From Azolla caroliniana (Eukaryota; Plantae; Polypodiophyta), in the NCBI GenBank assembly GCA_043228905.1, contig JBHGNT010000006.1, positions 11,036,001-11,100,000 on the forward strand: DNA of 64,000 bases, given 5' to 3'. Below are positions 37,248 to 48,938 of this stretch, in pieces. Numbering within the stretch: the first letter of the stretch is position 1; the number at the start of each line of letters is the position of its first letter. The position numbers and the translations under genes were made by a program. The notes under the pieces were generated by a model. It did not search any database and was not told where the DNA came from. It saw only the letters and a list, made by a program, of their open reading frames with translations.

Positions 37248-40200
37248 TGCTCCCGCCCTTTTTCGACACGTAGTCGCGGATTTCTGTGACACCGGAATGG
37301 AGCTCCCCCTTCTTCCGAAGGTTCCTTGATGGCTTCAGTCTTGTTGCCGAAAATGTGAGTTGTTTTCGTAAGTCGGGCCTCATCAGCCTCTTCTTGCACG
37401 ACCATGTCCTCTTCCTCCGTCCGAGTGTGAGTAAAGCATGTAGCCTTCCGAGGCGTTGCTCCTTGTTCAAACATGGTTTTCTTTGACCAACAACATGGAT
37501 TGAAGATCGAAGGAGCGCGGATTCTCCCGTGCTAGTACGACGGTCCTCATCGCGCCGAACCGTGGTGCAAGGCCGTTGAGGCATATTTGCACCATCTTAT
37601 CATCGTCCACATTAACGCTTATCGAGCTGAGAGAGTCGCAAAGCTCCTTGATCTTCAAGGTGTAGCTCGTGATGGACATATCCCTTTGTTGTATGTTGTT
37701 CAACTCTTGGCGGAGTTGAAGCTTTCTCGCCGTTGTGTTGGTGGCGAAAATCTTTCCTCCCACGCTTCCTTTGGCGTCTTGGCTTCTCAAATGTCGTCGA
37801 GCATGTGGTCGTGAACACATGTCGCCAAGTAATACATCACTCGGCTTATCGCTTGCTCCCATGTTGCGTAGTCAGCGTCTTTCGGGTTGGGTCGGTTTTC
37901 ATGTGCTCCTTTGATGTAACCCCAATAGCCTTGACTGACAAGGTATTGGTGCATCTTGTACTCCCAAGATGCAAAGTTGTTTCGATCTAGCTTCTCGCTA
38001 GGGAGAGCGTTCCCCATTTTAGTATTCCTTGTCGATGAAGATTTCTTCCTTCTTTTCTTTTCCTTCTCTCTGGAATACGAGCTATGTAGTCGCACTACAA
38101 TAGCGATGGACCGGTTCTTCTCGAACGTCGGCATTGAACACAACACATGCAGATGGGCTAGATCGAGCTACCAAACTGCTCTGATACCATGTAAAGAATC
38201 GGCTATGATACTTGTGTAGCAGAAGAGATGTGTGTTATGTGTATGTGTGAGAGGGAAGACAGAAGAGAAGAGAAACACAAGATAGATAAGCTAGAGAACT
38301 GAAATAATCAAGAAGAAGAAGATGTATATTCACAAGTAAAATAGCAAATACAAAATGTGGCATTCCAAGGATTCACAACCGACTTAATATGAATTAGGAG
38401 AAGGGTGCTTTATATATAGTCACCCTTTCTCTTCATTAACTAACTACAACAACTACTCTCTCTTGGGGAATGTGAAGACTCATAGTCATGGGGAATATGT
38501 AACTCATTAGTTATGGGTCATAGAATATGATTCTATGACACATAGGTAATGTGTAGAGAGTAGTGGTGTGACTCTTGACCTTTGAATAATCATAGATTCT
38601 CAAAAGGTGTGTTCACACGTGTCACTATGTTGAGCTTATTCTCAACATTAGTCGAAGACGAGTACCGAACGACTCTCAATGAGTCGACATGGATGATGAG
38701 CCGAGGAAACATGAAAATCGGAAGTGGATGCAAGCACAACAATTTGTATGCACTAATGGCAATCAGTCCAGAAGGGGTTGTGAACATAGCCGACTTGTCA
38801 TAATTGAACCTATGGCATGGCCGACTCGACCATATGTCACAAGCCGGATTGGACCGACTAATGGTGAGCAGCTACATCCCAAAGCTCCAAACAAAGATGA
38901 ACTTCTATGAGCATTGTCGTTATGGGAAACAGATGTGAAGTCTGGACTCTCTCCACTACGAGACAATATGACAGACCCTAGAACTCGTGCAAATAGATAT
39001 ATGTGGGCCTATCCCCGAATGATCATGAGGAGGCTCTCGATACTTCATCACATTCGTAGATCACTGTACATAGAAAGTCTGGGCCTACTCGATTAGGTTG
39101 AAAGACAAAGCGCTCAAGGTCTTCACTCACTGAATAGCTGAAGTGGAGAACCGATCTGGATACCGAGTGTAGACACTCTGATCTGACAACGGAGGTGAAT
39201 ACACCTCCCAAGCCTTCAAACAGTACTTGTTCGAAAAAGGGATCCGACACCAAAAGGCCGTTCCATACACACCCATGCAGAATGGAGTGGCAAAACGGAT
39301 CAACCGAACAATCCAGGAGAGGGTGATGGCAATGCTCTAGCAATCTAGACTAAAGCTGGAATTTTGGGCCGAAGCATTGCAGACGGTAGTATACTTGATC
39401 AATCTGTCACCGTTATCGTGAAGTGCGATGTGAAAACAATGTCAAAAATCTATAGAAGTACATTTGCCATCTGGAGCTTATGACAAGGAGCATGAAGGAA
39501 TTTTCGGTTCGTGAATCGGAGTTCAGAAGCCCAAGATACAAGCTTCGGAAGGATTAATGTTACTTGGGACAAAAATGTAATTATGTCAAAAGGGGGAGCC
39601 AAAATTAAATAAGGGCTATTTCTATAATTTCTTAAATATAGAACTATAAAATTGAATTGTAGCATCAATAAATAAAGAAAATAAAAATAAAAATAAAAAT
39701 ACAACCGCCTTGCATGAGGCGGTTTGTCAACCGCCTTAAGAGGGTGGTAGGGCGGTTGACCACCCTATATAAGCCACGCCTATGGTGACTAAAGGGAAGG
39801 GAGGAGGAGAAGGAGAAGGAAGAGAAGGAAAGGCGAGTGAAGAAGCTCGCGTGGGTATGGGATGCAAAGCTCGCCAAAGAAGATGGTGGCCTGCATAAAT
39901 CAAGACAAGAGTTAAAGAAAGTGAATAGAAGGAAAGGAAGAAATTAAAGTGGTGTATCTCAAACACATCTTTGTAAACAAAAGGTAGTGTGTTCGAATCC
40001 TCTTCAAATAACTTCTTTTGGTAATCAAATTTTGTAATATAAATTTAGTATATATAAAGTGAAAGAGAAAGACAAATAAATAGAAACCAAAGAGATTGAA
40101 GTGGTTTATCTCAAACGCTTCTTCTCAAATAGAGTTTGTGAGTTCAAGTCTTGCCAAGTAACTTTTGGCAAATAAATATTGTAAGTGGTTGTTTTACAAG

Positions 40201-42654
40201 TAAAATTCTTTTCGCGACAACATCGCATTTATCTTGCCTTCTCGGCGTCTTGTCATCGCACCATCTGCGATTACGCGTTTTCACCCCGATCATCCCTGAG
40301 TCACAGAACCCCAGCGGTTGCGACACACAACCACAATCTTCGCGACACAAATTTGGTGAACCCAACGTGAAGTGTCGTTGACAAGGGGAGTTTCGGAGTT
40401 AAAGTTTTACAAAGAGAAGGTCGGAAAATCAAAGAAAATGGCGGATAAAGGTGCCAACATGGAGATGGCAAATAAGGGCTTCAATGAAGAGATGGCAAGT
40501 TTCATGATGACGATGATGAATCGGATGCTTCAAGAGCAAAGTGCAATGAACCGGATGGAAAGTGAGTTAACGCTCGCCGTACAAACGCTCGTCGTACAAC
40601 CGGTTAAGCAAATTTAATGGCGAGGACGTCACTCGGTTCCTTGAGGTCTACGAATACGAGATGGCTAGTAGAGGGGCAACCGGAGAACAATGGTCTCGCG
40701 CATCAATCGGGTATGCACACTTGATGTCCGAGCAAGGGTAACGGAATTATCAGAGAGATTTGGTGAAGATTGGGCTGGGTTCCGTCAAGCATTGCTTGAT
40801 GAATACATGCTAGATGACCGGACCCAAATGTCAAAGAAGAGCTTTCTCGAATGGACCGAGAAAGGGGGTAAAGGACTCTCAGTTTCAGACTTGCTGGGAG
40901 AGTTTGAGAAAAGATATAATGAGCTATCGGTAAGAGATCGAGAACTACTACAATCAGAGAAGGTGGATTTATTCGTCCAAGCGACAGATAAATCTTTTAG
41001 AAAAGATATGACCATCCTTCTTGAAGACCGGACAAGCACAACCAGTTTGGTGTCCGATTGGGCAGAAGTACTCGAGGCTTGTCGAATACTAAGAAGGAGG
41101 GTGCTAAGGATGGAGGATGGCTATGACAATAGAATAAAGACAACAGCTAGAGAACATCCAAAACAAGAATAAGGAACTCGAACGGATGTTGGCAAAGGAA
41201 AGGAGCCAAAGTCCACGATTGATGATCTGATAAAGGGAATGCGGGATCTGCAACTGAAGTTCACAAAGCTTGAGAAGGGTGTAAGCTCAGGTGTTCGACA
41301 AAAGCCCATTGATGGAGAAAAGGGTGAATTCATCCGCCGATGCATATGGTGCGATAGCACGGAGCACCAAAAAAGGGATTGTTAGAGCCATAAGGAAGCG
41401 TTAGAAAGAAACATTATCTTCTATCAAAATGGGAGAATCCACTCCTCGGAGACCCGACAACCCCTAAAAACCAACTTCGGCAAAGGTGGAATGAAGAAAG
41501 TGATGGAGGACGAAGAGTCGAAGAATGCTCAGGCAATGTACTTTTCGACTACTTCCAGATTGAAGGTCGATGATCCCCAGATTGAATCAGGATTCTGGGG
41601 AAAAGTGATAAAGTCTACTGCTGACAAAAGAGTCCAACCATAGGACTTACGAAAGGATGGTGACGAGATAAGGAGTAGTATTGGGTGGAATGACCCAATA
41701 GATTCACTCATTGCAATCGCCAAGATAGCAGGGGTGAATGCCCACGAGGTGACAGTCGAAGAAAAACGAAGGAGAACTGAAGAAGCGGGACCTTCTAGAA
41801 AACCCGAGACCCGAGAAAAAAAGAGACGAGAAACTGAACGAGTTGTTGCGGAGGCGATGAAAGAAGACAAAGGTAAGCAAAAGATAGCCCCGTCATTCAA
41901 ACTCGCCTCCGACATCGAAACATCCACGGACCTAAAGCATGTGCTAGAATCAAGGATTCTCGATAGTAAAGTTGAGTTAACACTCTGAGAAGTACTAGGG
42001 ATCGCGAAGAAGGAATTTCATAACGTGATCATTGATGTGATTCGGAGGAAAAGACAAGTGGTTGAAGAAACGGGTGGAGTAAATACCGCCATGATACGGG
42101 AGGAAGACTGCATTGTTAGCCGGGGTACGGAGTGCTGACACACAATGTAGTCATGAAGAGGAACGAAGCCATTACACCCGCACACATTGGGCTCGGGCGA
42201 CAACCGAGGCTCTAGTCAAAATTGGAGATTAGATGGAACCATGTGTGGCACTCATCGACCATGGCTCCGAGATAAATATCATATCGTTTGATTTTTACAA
42301 TCGCGGGAGATGGCCAATAGAAAGGAACCACGGTTGGAAGGTGAGAGCAGCAACTGAGGTCGTGGAGGATTTATGTGGCGCATGCCCAAATATTAAAGTT
42401 ACAATTGGGGACGTGTCAGTAGATCAAAACTTCTTTGTCCAAGAGAAGTCCTTTTATCCAGTAATCCTAGGGCAACCGTACATCACAGCAGTGCGGATGG
42501 AGACTAAAGTGATTGATAATGGAGCGGCGTTTGCTAGGATTCAAAGCCAGGATGGGAAGAGGTCGGTACATATCCTTATTGTTCAACCAAATCATGAGAG
42601 GAATAAGGAGCATCTACGAGATCATCCACTACGAGATGTGGGGGATTTCGTACA

Positions 42655-42717
42655 GGATTTCTAGAGCGGGCCCTTACAAAAAGGGGTTGTGATGGCCCGA
42701 GGGAGGTAAGAAGCCCC
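42655..42717 (+). promoter_or_regulatory. Putative -1 frameshift signal (GGAUUUC plus pseudoknot) of element D
   Basis: G GAT TTC TAG, then stem CGGGCC.TTACAA/TTGTGA.GGCCCG. Loop GGGG pairs with downstream CCCC. The -1 frame is open into ORF 42745-43014. Confidence 0.7.
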
Positions 42718-44021
42718 ATTCATAGCATTGAAGATAACGGTAAATTGTATGTTGTGTCTGTAGATGGCACAACTATAATAGAAGATTTCAAAGGAAAGAA
42801 ATTCCGAAAAATAGAAAAAGAATTACAAGGTGGAGGTATGATAGATTCAGAAGAAAAATTAGTGAATATATTTGAAGAATATTGTTTTAAAGATAGAATA
42901 GGAGAGTTGGAGTTTCTAATGATAGAAGATGATGAAGTTGAAGTTGAAGTTGTGGTAAATTCCATCGAGCTATTCAAAACCATCAAGGAATATGTTCAAA
43001 ATGAAGAAGCTTGAATAAACACCAAGTACAAAACGGTGGAGAAGAAGGTCCGGCCAGCAACAACACCACTTCCAGAAGACAGTGAAAAGATAATGAAGGA
43101 GGTGTCGACCGAGCCAATTCTTCGGGATCCAAAGAGAATTGGGCACAAGTTCATGGAAGAAACAATTAAACAACTAAGAATTGGAGGGGAGGACTTCCTA
43201 ACACCTATAGAAGAAGCAAAATTTAGAAAAATGCTAGGGCAGCATGGGAAAGTATTCTCCTTCAACCTTGAAGAAATTGGATGTGTGAATCCGAAAGTAG
43301 TTGAACCAATGGTCATCTTCACGATCCCACACATTCCGTGGAATCTGAAGCCAATCCCAGTGCCAAGAGCAAGGATACCGCAATTAATCGAGCTTCTAAA
43401 AGAGAAAATGGACATGGGCATCTTGGAACCATCAAACACTCCATACTCGAGTAGATGGTTTACGGTGCAAAAGAAGGATGGGCGGCTTCGATTCATTCAA
43501 GACATGCAACCTATGAATCAAGTTACTATTTGGAATTCAGGAGTAGGGCCGATAGTAGATGAGTTTGCAGAGATGTTCGCTTGAAGAGCGATCTACTCTA
43601 TGGGTGATCTCTACTCCGGCTATGACCAGTTCCAGCTTGCAGTCAGTAGTCGGGATATCACCTCCATTAGGACTCCTATTGGATTACTTTGAATGTGTAC
43701 CCTACCTCAAGGTGCGACCAACTCGGTCGCTCACATGATGAATGGTATGCACAAAGTTCTTGTTGAGGACAGTGCTCGGCCACAACCGAGGAATAGGATC
43801 AACTCACAGTAAATAGGAAATACAAAGTACACGAAGACAATAGAGAGAAGAGTACACAGGGTGTTTTACGTGGAAAACCCGAAATGGGAAAAAACCACGG
43901 GAGTCCTCAAACTCCAACTATCAGTATACACAGAGATGTACAATGGTGAAGCTACAAGGCAACAACCTTGAGCTCACTATCTTCGCCACAGGCGGCGGTA
44001 ATACACAGAGGCGTCGACCTC

Positions 44022-44055
<34 letters not shown>

Positions 44056-44237
44056 CTGCTCTCACTTCGCTCTCTCAGCTGAAAACACAAAATGAGCAAC
44101 AACATAAAACTGTTTGCCCTAAGTCATATTTATACACATATGACTTTCGGGCTAATTACAAATATAGCCTCAAGGGCTCTTGGCAAACATATTCACAAAT
44201 ATGTCCCCGCATCCGGATCTCTCTCCGGGTACATTCG

Positions 44238-44378
44238 TCATCCGGCTCCGTAACCGGGATCTTCATCATCCGGCTCCGTAGCCGGGGTCTTCATCATCCG
44301 GCTCCGTAACCGGGGTCTTCATCATCCGGCTCCGTAACCGGGGTCTTCATCATCCGGCTCCGTAGCCGGGGTCTTCAT
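44238..44378. repeat. 28-bp tandem repeat (5 copies) in the E LTR; also at ~49121-49261
   Basis: Unit CATCCGGCTCCGTA(A/G)CCGGGGTCTTCAT. Confidence 0.92.
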
Positions 44379-44524
44379 ACTGGGTACTCTTCATTCCCGG
44401 TGAGTACTCTCACCGGGCCTGTATCTTCATCCGGTTCCGTAACCGTAACCGGGCTTACCGTCATTCATTTCCGGACATCCAACCATCCCAGCCGGAGGGA
44501 CCGTAATCCCAACAAACTCCCCCT

Positions 44525-47500
44525 TCACTTCGGCATGGGATGTCTCTCCAATCCGATCCTCTTCCGGCATGCTTCCAGCTTGTCGGGTGTGAGCACCTTG
44601 GTCAGCATATCCGACCCGTTCTCGTCCATGTGGATCTTCGTCAGCACAAACTCCTTATCTTCTATCCTTTCCCGGATCCAGTGATATCTTCGCTGGATGT
44701 GCTTCGTCCGGGAATGGTAGGCCGCGTTCTTCGCAAGGTGGATGGCACTCTGACTGTCGCAGTAGAGTCGGTACTCCTCTTGCCGGATACCGAGCTCTCT
44801 AATGAAGTCCTTCATCCATATTATTTCCTTGCCGGCTTCAACAGCCGCCATGTACTCCGCCTCCGTGGTTGACAACGCAACCGTCTTCTGCAGCCTCGAC
44901 TGCCACGAAACAGCTCCTCCTGCATACGTCATCACATATCCTGATGTGGACCGGCTGGTATCTGCATCAGCCGACATATCCGAATCGGTAAAGCCGTCGA
45001 GTTCGGGCTTACCGGAGCCAAATCGGAGGCACACGTTTGCCGTGCCCTTCAGGTATCGGAGTATCCACTTGACCGCGTTCCAATGCTCTTTGCCGGGATT
45101 GCTCATGTACCGGCTCACCACTCCGACTGCATATCCTATGTCCGGTCTTGTACACACCATTGCGTACATCAAGCTTCCGACGGCAGAGGCATATGGCACT
45201 TTCATCATGTCCTCCTTCTCAGCCTTTGTCTTGGGGCTTTGCTTGCTGGACAACTTGCAGTTTGCCGGGAGGGTGGATCCAACCGGTCTTGCTTCCGACA
45301 TGTTGAACCGTTTAAGCACCTTTGTTACGTACTTCTCCTGTGACAGCCACAATTGCTTCTTCTTCCGGTCCCGGATGATGTGCATCCCTAGTATTTGCCT
45401 CGCCGGACCCAGGTCTTTCATTGAGAAGGTTCGGTGAAGAGCCTTCTTCAGCATCCGTATCTTGACCTGGTCCCGTCCGACGATCAACATGTCGTCCACG
45501 TACAGGAGGAGTATGAGAAAGTCTCCTCCTTCGAACTTCTTCACAAACACGCAGTGATCAGACTGCGTTTTGTGGTAGCCTTCGTCGGTCATGAAAGAGT
45601 CGAACTTCCGGTACCACTGCCGGGGAGCCTGCTTCAGTCCGTAAAGGCTCTTCTTCAACTGGCATACCAGGTGCTCCTTTCCTTTCTTCTCGAATCCTTC
45701 CGGTTGCTGCATGTAGATCTCTTCTTCGAGGTCACCGTGAAGGAATGCCGTCTTCACGTCCATCTGTTCTACCTCGAGGTCCATGCTTGCCGCTATGCTC
45801 AGCACCGTCCGGATGGAAGTCATCTTCACTACCGGGGCAAATATCTCGTCGAAGTCGACGCCCTTCTTCTGCTGAAACCCCTTCACCACGATCCTGGCTT
45901 TGTATCTCGGGGGGTTTCCGGCATCTCCCGGTTTCAGCTTGAACACCCACTTGTTTCGAAGTGCCCGCTTTCCTTTCGGCAACTCCACAAGTTTATATGT
46001 GTGGTTCTCATGCAGGGAATCCATCTCCTCCTGCATGGCACTCAACCACCTGCGGCTATGAGTGTCAAGCTTTGCTTCTTCAAAACTCTCCGGCTCCCCC
46101 TCGTCGGTTAGCAGCACGTGCTCCGGTTCCGGAAATCTCCGGGGGGCCCTTCTCTCTCTTAGAGGATATCTCCGTTCCGGAGCTTCGATAACCGGCTCCT
46201 CCGTTTCCTCTTCATCCGAATCCATTTCGGGATCGGGGCCGGTTCCGGTATCAGTTTCATCTTCTTCGACCGGTTCTGTTTCTTCACCGTCTTCGGCCGG
46301 ATCTTCGAGTGTTAACCGGTCCCTTGCCGGTCGGGACTGCTCTTCGTAGAGTCGATCCTCACCGGTCAACTTGGAGCTCTTCATCTTCTTCTCCGACTCC
46401 CAGTCGGCGAGTGTCTTGTCCTCCATGAAGATGATATCTCGACTCCTGGATATCTTTTTGTCGACCGGGTCCCATACTCGGTAGCCGAACTCGTCGTCGC
46501 CGTAACCGAGGAATATGCATGGCCAGGTCTTTGGATCTAACTTTCCTCTCCGGTCCTTTACCACATGCACATATGCGAGACACCCGAACACCTTCAGATG
46601 CCGGTAGGATACTTCCCTACCGGTCCACACTCTCTGTGGCGTGTCTCCGTCCAGAGGCACTGAGGGTGATCTATTTATCACGTATGTCGCCGTCGTCATT
46701 GCCTCAGCCCAAAACCCCTTGGGTAGTTTCGCATGCGCCAGCATACTCCGGACCCTCTCCATTATGGTCCGGTTCATCCTCTCGGCCAGCCCGTTCAGTT
46801 CCGGCGTCTTCGGCACAGTAAACTCGAGCCGGATTCCCTTCGAGCGACAGTACTCTGCGAACTGCCCCCGGTATTCCCCTCCGTTATCCGCTCGTATCGC
46901 TTTCAGCTCCTTGCCGGATTCCCTTTCCACTCTCGCGTGGAGTTCTTTGAAGACGGACAATACTTGGTCCTTTGTCTTCAACGGTGCAGTCCACAGCTTC
47001 CGGCTGTGATCATCAATGAATGTCACGAAGTACTGGGCTCCGCCATGTGACTTCGTTTCTACTTGACACACGTCAGTGTGCACCAACTCCAATGGTGCGC
47101 TACGTCTCGTCGGTGGCCTTGAGTGGAAGGAGGTTCGGTTCTGCTTACCGGCCAGGCAATCGGTGCACTTCTCCAGGTGCACATGCTTCACTGGAATGAG
47201 GTTGTCTTCTGCAAGCCTCTTCATCCCCTTCTCACTCATGTGGCACAGTCTCTTGTGCCACAGCTCACCGGCAGTGTCGGCTGCCACGTTCAACTCTTCC
47301 GGACACAACCGGGCATTCATAAGGTACAGTGTGTTGACTTTCCGGGCCCGAGCCACTATCAGGCTCCCCTTGCTGAACTTCATTACGCCGTTCCGGATGC
47401 TACCTGTGAAGCCTTCATCGTCTAGCCTCCCGGCCGAAATCAGGTTCAATCGAACCTCCGGAACGTGTCGAACATCCTTCAGCAGCATCTTGCATCCGGT

Positions 47501-48598
47501 TGATGTCATCAGCCACACGTCTCCTATGTCGGCAATCCGGCACGTACCTTCATTTCCCATCCGAACATAGCCATGCTCACCGGCTGTGTAGGATGAGAAG
47601 TATTTCTTCTCCGGGGTCAGGTGGAACGACGCTCCGGAATCGACCACCCAGGTCATCTCTACACCGGCAAGGTTCAGCTCTGTCTCTTCGGTAATGAGCA
47701 TTATCTCTTCTTCACTTGCCGCGAGTGCCGTCGTTCCTTTCCGGTCCTGCCCTCGCCGATCCGGACCTCTCCGGTCCGTGGCTCCCCGGTATGCACCGTT
47801 TCTCTCCGGTGACTTCTTCGAATCGGTGTCGTCGGCTCCGTTGTCCTTTCGGTAATGCCGACAATTCTTCCGGAAGTGCCCCGGCTTCCCACAGTGGAAG
47901 CATGTGGGTCTTCCTCTTGACTGCGACCGGGTCCCCGACTTCTCCCGTCTTTGCGGACTCCGGTTCCATTGTCTTCCCCGTTCCGATTCGGTAAGCAGCG
48001 CCTTCGAGTCGGTGGCCGGTTCTTTATCTCTCCGACGCGCTTCTTCGTTCAAAATGCTTGTCTTTACCGTTTGTAGAGACAAGTTATCTTCGGTGCAAGA
48101 GGTGCTGAGAGTCACCACCAAGTTCTCCCAGCTTTCCGGCAATGTACACATCAGAATGATGGCTTGCATTGCATCCTCCAACGGGAACTTGATCGCCGCA
48201 AGCTGGTTCACGAATCCCATGAACGTGCTCACATGTTCCACCATATTCTCGCCGTCCCGGTACTTGAGGTTCACTATCTTCCTCATCAGGGAGGTCCGGT
48301 TCAACGCATTCTTCCTCTCATAGAGGCCCGACAGCTTCTTCCACATCTCATAGGCGTTCGTATCGTTCGCCACATGTTGCAGGACACTTACATCGACATA
48401 TTGCCGGATCGTCGCTACGGCTTTCCGGTTCAGGAGCTTCCACTCCGACTCTATTACCCCCTTGGGTATCTCGGCATTGTCGATCGGTTCGTACAGGTCT
48501 CGGACGATGAGAAGGTCTTCCATCTTTATCTTCCAGTCGGCGTAGTTCTGTGAGTTCAACACCATCATGCCCGGAGGCCCACTACCGCCGCCTTCCAT
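44525..48598 (-). CDS. Gag-Pol polyprotein of copia E (1357 aa; gag, zinc knuckle, protease, integrase, RT, RNaseH), Tnt1-like
   Basis: Uninterrupted ORF with CFHCGKPGHFRKNC, WVVDSGASFH, LWHKRLCH, IRADNGGEY, YVDDML, DSDMSAD and TKHI. The first ATG downstream of the PBS is at 48598; the track's 48652 start lies inside the LTR. Confidence 0.97.
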   Translation of the reverse strand: MEGGGSGPPGMMVLNSQNYADWKIKMEDLLIVRDLYEPIDNAEIPKGVIESEWKLLNRKAVATIRQYVDVSVLQHVANDTNAYEMWKKLSGLYERKNALNRTSLMRKIVNLKYRDGENMVEHVSTFMGFVNQLAAIKFPLEDAMQAIILMCTLPESWENLVVTLSTSCTEDNLSLQTVKTSILNEEARRRDKEPATDSKALLTESERGRQWNRSPQRREKSGTRSQSRGRPTCFHCGKPGHFRKNCRHYRKDNGADDTDSKKSPERNGAYRGATDRRGPDRRGQDRKGTTALAASEEEIMLITEETELNLAGVEMTWVVDSGASFHLTPEKKYFSSYTAGEHGYVRMGNEGTCRIADIGDVWLMTSTGCKMLLKDVRHVPEVRLNLISAGRLDDEGFTGSIRNGVMKFSKGSLIVARARKVNTLYLMNARLCPEELNVAADTAGELWHKRLCHMSEKGMKRLAEDNLIPVKHVHLEKCTDCLAGKQNRTSFHSRPPTRRSAPLELVHTDVCQVETKSHGGAQYFVTFIDDHSRKLWTAPLKTKDQVLSVFKELHARVERESGKELKAIRADNGGEYRGQFAEYCRSKGIRLEFTVPKTPELNGLAERMNRTIMERVRSMLAHAKLPKGFWAEAMTTATYVINRSPSVPLDGDTPQRVWTGREVSYRHLKVFGCLAYVHVVKDRRGKLDPKTWPCIFLGYGDDEFGYRVWDPVDKKISRSRDIIFMEDKTLADWESEKKMKSSKLTGEDRLYEEQSRPARDRLTLEDPAEDGEETEPVEEDETDTGTGPDPEMDSDEEETEEPVIEAPERRYPLRERRAPRRFPEPEHVLLTDEGEPESFEEAKLDTHSRRWLSAMQEEMDSLHENHTYKLVELPKGKRALRNKWVFKLKPGDAGNPPRYKARIVVKGFQQKKGVDFDEIFAPVVKMTSIRTVLSIAASMDLEVEQMDVKTAFLHGDLEEEIYMQQPEGFEKKGKEHLVCQLKKSLYGLKQAPRQWYRKFDSFMTDEGYHKTQSDHCVFVKKFEGGDFLILLLYVDDMLIVGRDQVKIRMLKKALHRTFSMKDLGPARQILGMHIIRDRKKKQLWLSQEKYVTKVLKRFNMSEARPVGSTLPANCKLSSKQSPKTKAEKEDMMKVPYASAVGSLMYAMVCTRPDIGYAVGVVSRYMSNPGKEHWNAVKWILRYLKGTANVCLRFGSGKPELDGFTDSDMSADADTSRSTSGYVMTYAGGAVSWQSRLQKTVALSTTEAEYMAAVEAGKEIIWMKDFIRELGIRQEEYRLYCDSQSAIHLAKNAAYHSRTKHIQRRYHWIRERIEDKEFVLTKIHMDENGSDMLTKVLTPDKLEACRKRIGLERHPMPK

Positions 48599-48890
48599 TT
48601 TCTGTGTTACCGTCGCTCTGATACCAATTTGTTGAGGACAGTGCTCGGCCACAACCGAGGAATAGGATCAACTCACAGTAAATAGGAAATACAAAGTACA
48701 CGAAGACAATAGAGAGAAGAGTACACAGGGTGTTTTACGTGGAAAACCCCAAATGGGAAAAAACCACGGGAGTCCTCAAACTCCAACTATCAGTATACAC
48801 AGAGATGTACAATGGTGAAGCTACAAGGCAACAACCTTGAGCTCACTATCTTCGCCACAGGCGGCGGTAATACACAGAGGCGTCGACCTC

Positions 48891-48938
<48 letters not shown>

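Larger units (their letters stand above)
23866..38647 (-). mobile_element. Ty1/copia element B (decayed), inserted in A
   Basis: LTRs 38190-38647 and 23866-24398, PBS 38178-38189, PPT at 24401-24410. TSD TTAGC/TTAGT. gag 37467-38146, zinc knuckle CGYCGKIGYHEEEC and protease ~35890-36520, integrase-RT-RNaseH 24487-27004. Confidence 0.92.

Noticed and set aside
44540-48553. Many long plus-strand ORFs opposite the E polyprotein
   Set aside because: These are shadow ORFs expected in GC-rich coding DNA, with no recognisable motifs.
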